A stretch of DNA of 801 nt. Origin: Escherichia coli (GTDB taxonomy: Bacteria; Pseudomonadota; Gammaproteobacteria; Enterobacterales; Enterobacteriaceae). Made by a program: the position numbers and the translations under genes. This document shows positions 1-801 of this stretch, piece by piece; within the stretch, counting starts at the first letter, position 1, and each line of letters opens with the position of its first letter. Below the pieces are notes generated by a model. The model had not been told where the DNA came from. It was given only the letters and a program-made list of their open reading frames with translations, and did no database searches. The stretch lies in the NCBI RefSeq assembly GCF_003334315.1, contig NZ_QOWR01000129.1. One strand, written 5' to 3'.

Positions 1-149
1 GGTTGAGAAGCGGTGTAAGTGAACTGCAGTTGCCATGTTTTACGGCAGTGAGAGCAGAGATAGCGCTGATGTCCGGCAGTACTTTTACCGTTACGCACCA
101 CCCCGTCAGTAGCTGAACAGGAGGGACAGCTGATATAAACAGAAGCCAC
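1..149 (-). CDS. insA: InsA (IS1 transposition regulator / N-terminal part of the InsAB' transposase), 5' partial: first 49 codons, continues off-window
   Basis: GTG start at 149..147 on the minus strand. Translation is (M)[48 protein letters not shown], open to the window edge. It contains the CxxC...CxxC zinc-finger pattern typical of InsA. The six-frame track misses it because the start is GTG and the ORF runs off the window. Confidence 0.9.
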   Translation of the reverse strand, partial: MASVYISCPSCSATDGVVRNGKSTAGHQRYLCSHCRKTWQLQFTYTASQ

Positions 150-156
150 TGGAGCA

Positions 157-160
157 CCTC
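157..160 (-). promoter_or_regulatory. Shine-Dalgarno-like GAGG for insA
   Basis: GAGG on the minus strand, 7 nt upstream of the GTG start codon at 149..147. Confidence 0.5.
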
Positions 161-169
161 AAAAACACC

Positions 170-197
170 ATCATACACTAAATCAGTAAGTTGGCAG
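170..197 (-). promoter_or_regulatory. Putative insA promoter embedded in IRL (-35-like CTGCCA, -10 TATGAT)
   Basis: On the minus strand, TATGAT lies at 175..170 and a weak -35-like hexamer CTGCCA at 197..192, 16 bp apart. This is about 20 bp upstream of the insA GTG start. The insA promoter is known to sit partly inside IRL; exact hexamer assignment here is my inference. Confidence 0.4.
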
Positions 198-204
198 CAT
201 CACC
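182..204 (-). repeat. IS1 left terminal inverted repeat (IRL), about 23 bp
   Basis: Reverse complement of 182..204 is ggtgatgctgccaacttactgat. It is an imperfect inverted match to 349..371 (ggtaatgactccaacttattgat), as expected for the IRL/IRR pair of IS1. Confidence 0.9.
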
Positions 205-348
205 CGCCGTCTCAATAGCCCGGTTGTTGTATTTAATCAATACAGCCTGAAGACGTTCTGAATATTTCCTCTCCTGCACTACATTGTTTTTTGTACGGGA
301 CTGGATACCGTCATTAATCAGTTTTTCCAGCAGCTCTACCGCCAGATT
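205..348 (-). pseudogene. 144-bp internal gene fragment, in frame with no start or stop; tentatively a type I restriction enzyme R-subunit (HsdR) C-terminal remnant, truncated on both sides by IS1
   Basis: Minus-strand translation from 348 to 205 is NLAVELLEKLINDGIQSRTKNNVVQERKYSERLQAVLIKYNNRAIETA (48 codons, no stop). The ...SERLQ...KYNNR.I... pattern matches my recollection of the conserved C-terminal region of HsdR proteins. The HsdR assignment is from memory, not a search. Confidence 0.45.
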
Positions 349-371
349 GGTAATGACTCCAACTTATTGAT
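349..371 (-). repeat. IS1 right terminal inverted repeat (IRR), about 23 bp
   Basis: ggtaatgactccaacttattgat at 349..371 is the imperfect inverted partner of the IRL at 182..204. The insB stop codon (366..364) lies inside it. Confidence 0.9.
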
Positions 372-801
372 AGTGTTTTATGTTCAGATAATGCCCGATG
401 ACTTTGTCATGCAGCTCCACCGATTTTGAGAACGACAGCGACTTCCGTCCCAGCCGTGCCAGGTGCTGCCTCAGATTCAGGTTATGCCGCTCAATTCGCT
501 GCGTATATCGCTTGCTGATTACGTGCAGCTTTCCCTTCAGGCGGGATTCATACAGCGGCCAGCCATCCGTCATCCATATCACCACGTCAAAGGGTGACAG
601 CAGGCTCATAAGACGCCCCAGCGTCGCCATAGTGCGTTCACCGAATACGTGCGCAACAACCGTCTTCCGGAGCCTGTCATACGCGTAAAACAGCCAGCGC
701 TGGCGCGATTTAGCCCCGACGTATCCCCACTGTTCGTCCATTTCCGCGCAGACGATGACGTCACTGCCCGGCTGTATGCGCGAGGTTACCGACTGCGGCC
801 T
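364..801 (-). CDS. insB: InsB (C-terminal catalytic part of the IS1 InsAB' transposase), 5' partial: reading frame open to the window edge, stop at 366..364
   Basis: The track ORF 364..741 ([16 protein letters not shown]...[15 protein letters not shown]) matches IS1 InsB. The same frame stays open upstream of that Met to position 801 ([25 protein letters not shown]...), as expected because InsB is expressed as a frameshift fusion to InsA and not from this ATG. Acidic residues in DEQWGYV, MTDGW and RIERH are consistent with a DDE-type catalytic triad (exact residue assignment inferred). Confidence 0.93.
   Translation of the reverse strand, partial: RPQSVTSRIQPGSDVIVCAEMDEQWGYVGAKSRQRWLFYAYDRLRKTVVAHVFGERTMATLGRLMSLLSPFDVVIWMTDGWPLYESRLKGKLHVISKRYTQRIERHNLNLRQHLARLGRKSLSFSKSVELHDKVIGHYLNIKHYQ
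786..801 (-). CDS. insA: 3' end of insA of copy B (last 5 codons plus stop), overlapping the insB frame
   Basis: Minus strand from 800 reads ggc cgc agt cgg taa = GRSR-stop, the InsA C-terminus (...LKNSGRSR). The TAA stop is at 788..786, in the 0 frame relative to the -1 insB frame. The fragment is very short, so confidence is moderate. Confidence 0.6.

Larger units (their letters stand above)
1..204 (-). mobile_element. IS1-family insertion sequence, copy A, left-end portion (IRL plus 5' part of insA); the rest of the element lies off the left edge of the window
   Basis: Reverse complement of 1..204 begins GGTGATGCTGCCAACTTACTGATTTAGTGTATGATGG..., the IS1 left terminus as I recall it, and continues into the insA N-terminus. 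The similarity stops sharply at 204/205. Confidence 0.95.
349..801 (-). mobile_element. IS1-family insertion sequence, copy B, right-end portion (3' end of insA, insB, IRR); the rest of the element lies off the right edge of the window
   Basis: 349.. reads GGTAATGACTCCAACTTATTGATAGTGTTTTATGTTCAGATAATGCCCGATGAC..., the reverse complement of the IS1 right end as I recall it. The whole stretch to 801 is colinear with IS1 positions about 768 down to about 316. Confidence 0.96.

Noticed and set aside
205-348. Possibility that the 144-bp segment is a novel small gene, an IS-borne passenger, or an undescribed system
   Set aside because: It has no start codon, no stop codon and no promoter or RBS of its own, and it is bounded exactly by IS termini. 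It behaves as an internal fragment of a larger gene, not as an independent functional unit.
182-371. IRL and IRR abutting as in an IS1 excised circle or head-to-tail tandem dimer junction
   Set aside because: Circle or dimer junctions have only a few bp between the ends. Here there are 144 bp that read as an in-frame protein-coding fragment, so two separate chromosomal or plasmid copies flanking host DNA is the better explanation.
398-688. Plus-strand 96-aa ORF from the six-frame track ([16 protein letters not shown]...)
   Set aside because: It lies entirely antisense to the well-supported insB frame inside IS1. It is Cys/Arg/Ser-rich and low-complexity and has no recognisable motif, so it is almost certainly a spurious antisense ORF.
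742-801. IS1 programmed -1 frameshift site (A6C slippery motif) that fuses InsA to InsB
   Set aside because: By colinearity with IS1, the motif should lie just beyond position 801. It is not in the window, so the frameshift competence of copy B cannot be judged here.
1-801. CRISPR arrays, tRNA/rRNA genes, or other structured RNAs
   Set aside because: No short direct repeats with regular spacing and no tRNA-like or rRNA-like sequence were seen. Everything outside 205..348 is explained by IS1.

Overview
This window is almost entirely IS1-family insertion sequence. It holds the ends of two separate IS1 copies, both on the minus strand in direct-repeat orientation: copy B's right end (349..801: insA stop, insB, IRR) and copy A's left end (1..204: IRL, promoter/RBS, first 49 codons of insA). 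They are separated by only 144 bp (205..348), which is one uninterrupted 48-codon minus-strand frame with no start or stop. I read this as an internal remnant of a host gene, tentatively a type I restriction enzyme R-subunit (HsdR) C-terminal region, cut on both sides by IS1. I see no evidence of a novel biological system here; the sequence is best explained as a defence-gene remnant caught between two IS1 elements. All identifications are from reading the sequence and recalling the IS1 reference; no database search was run.
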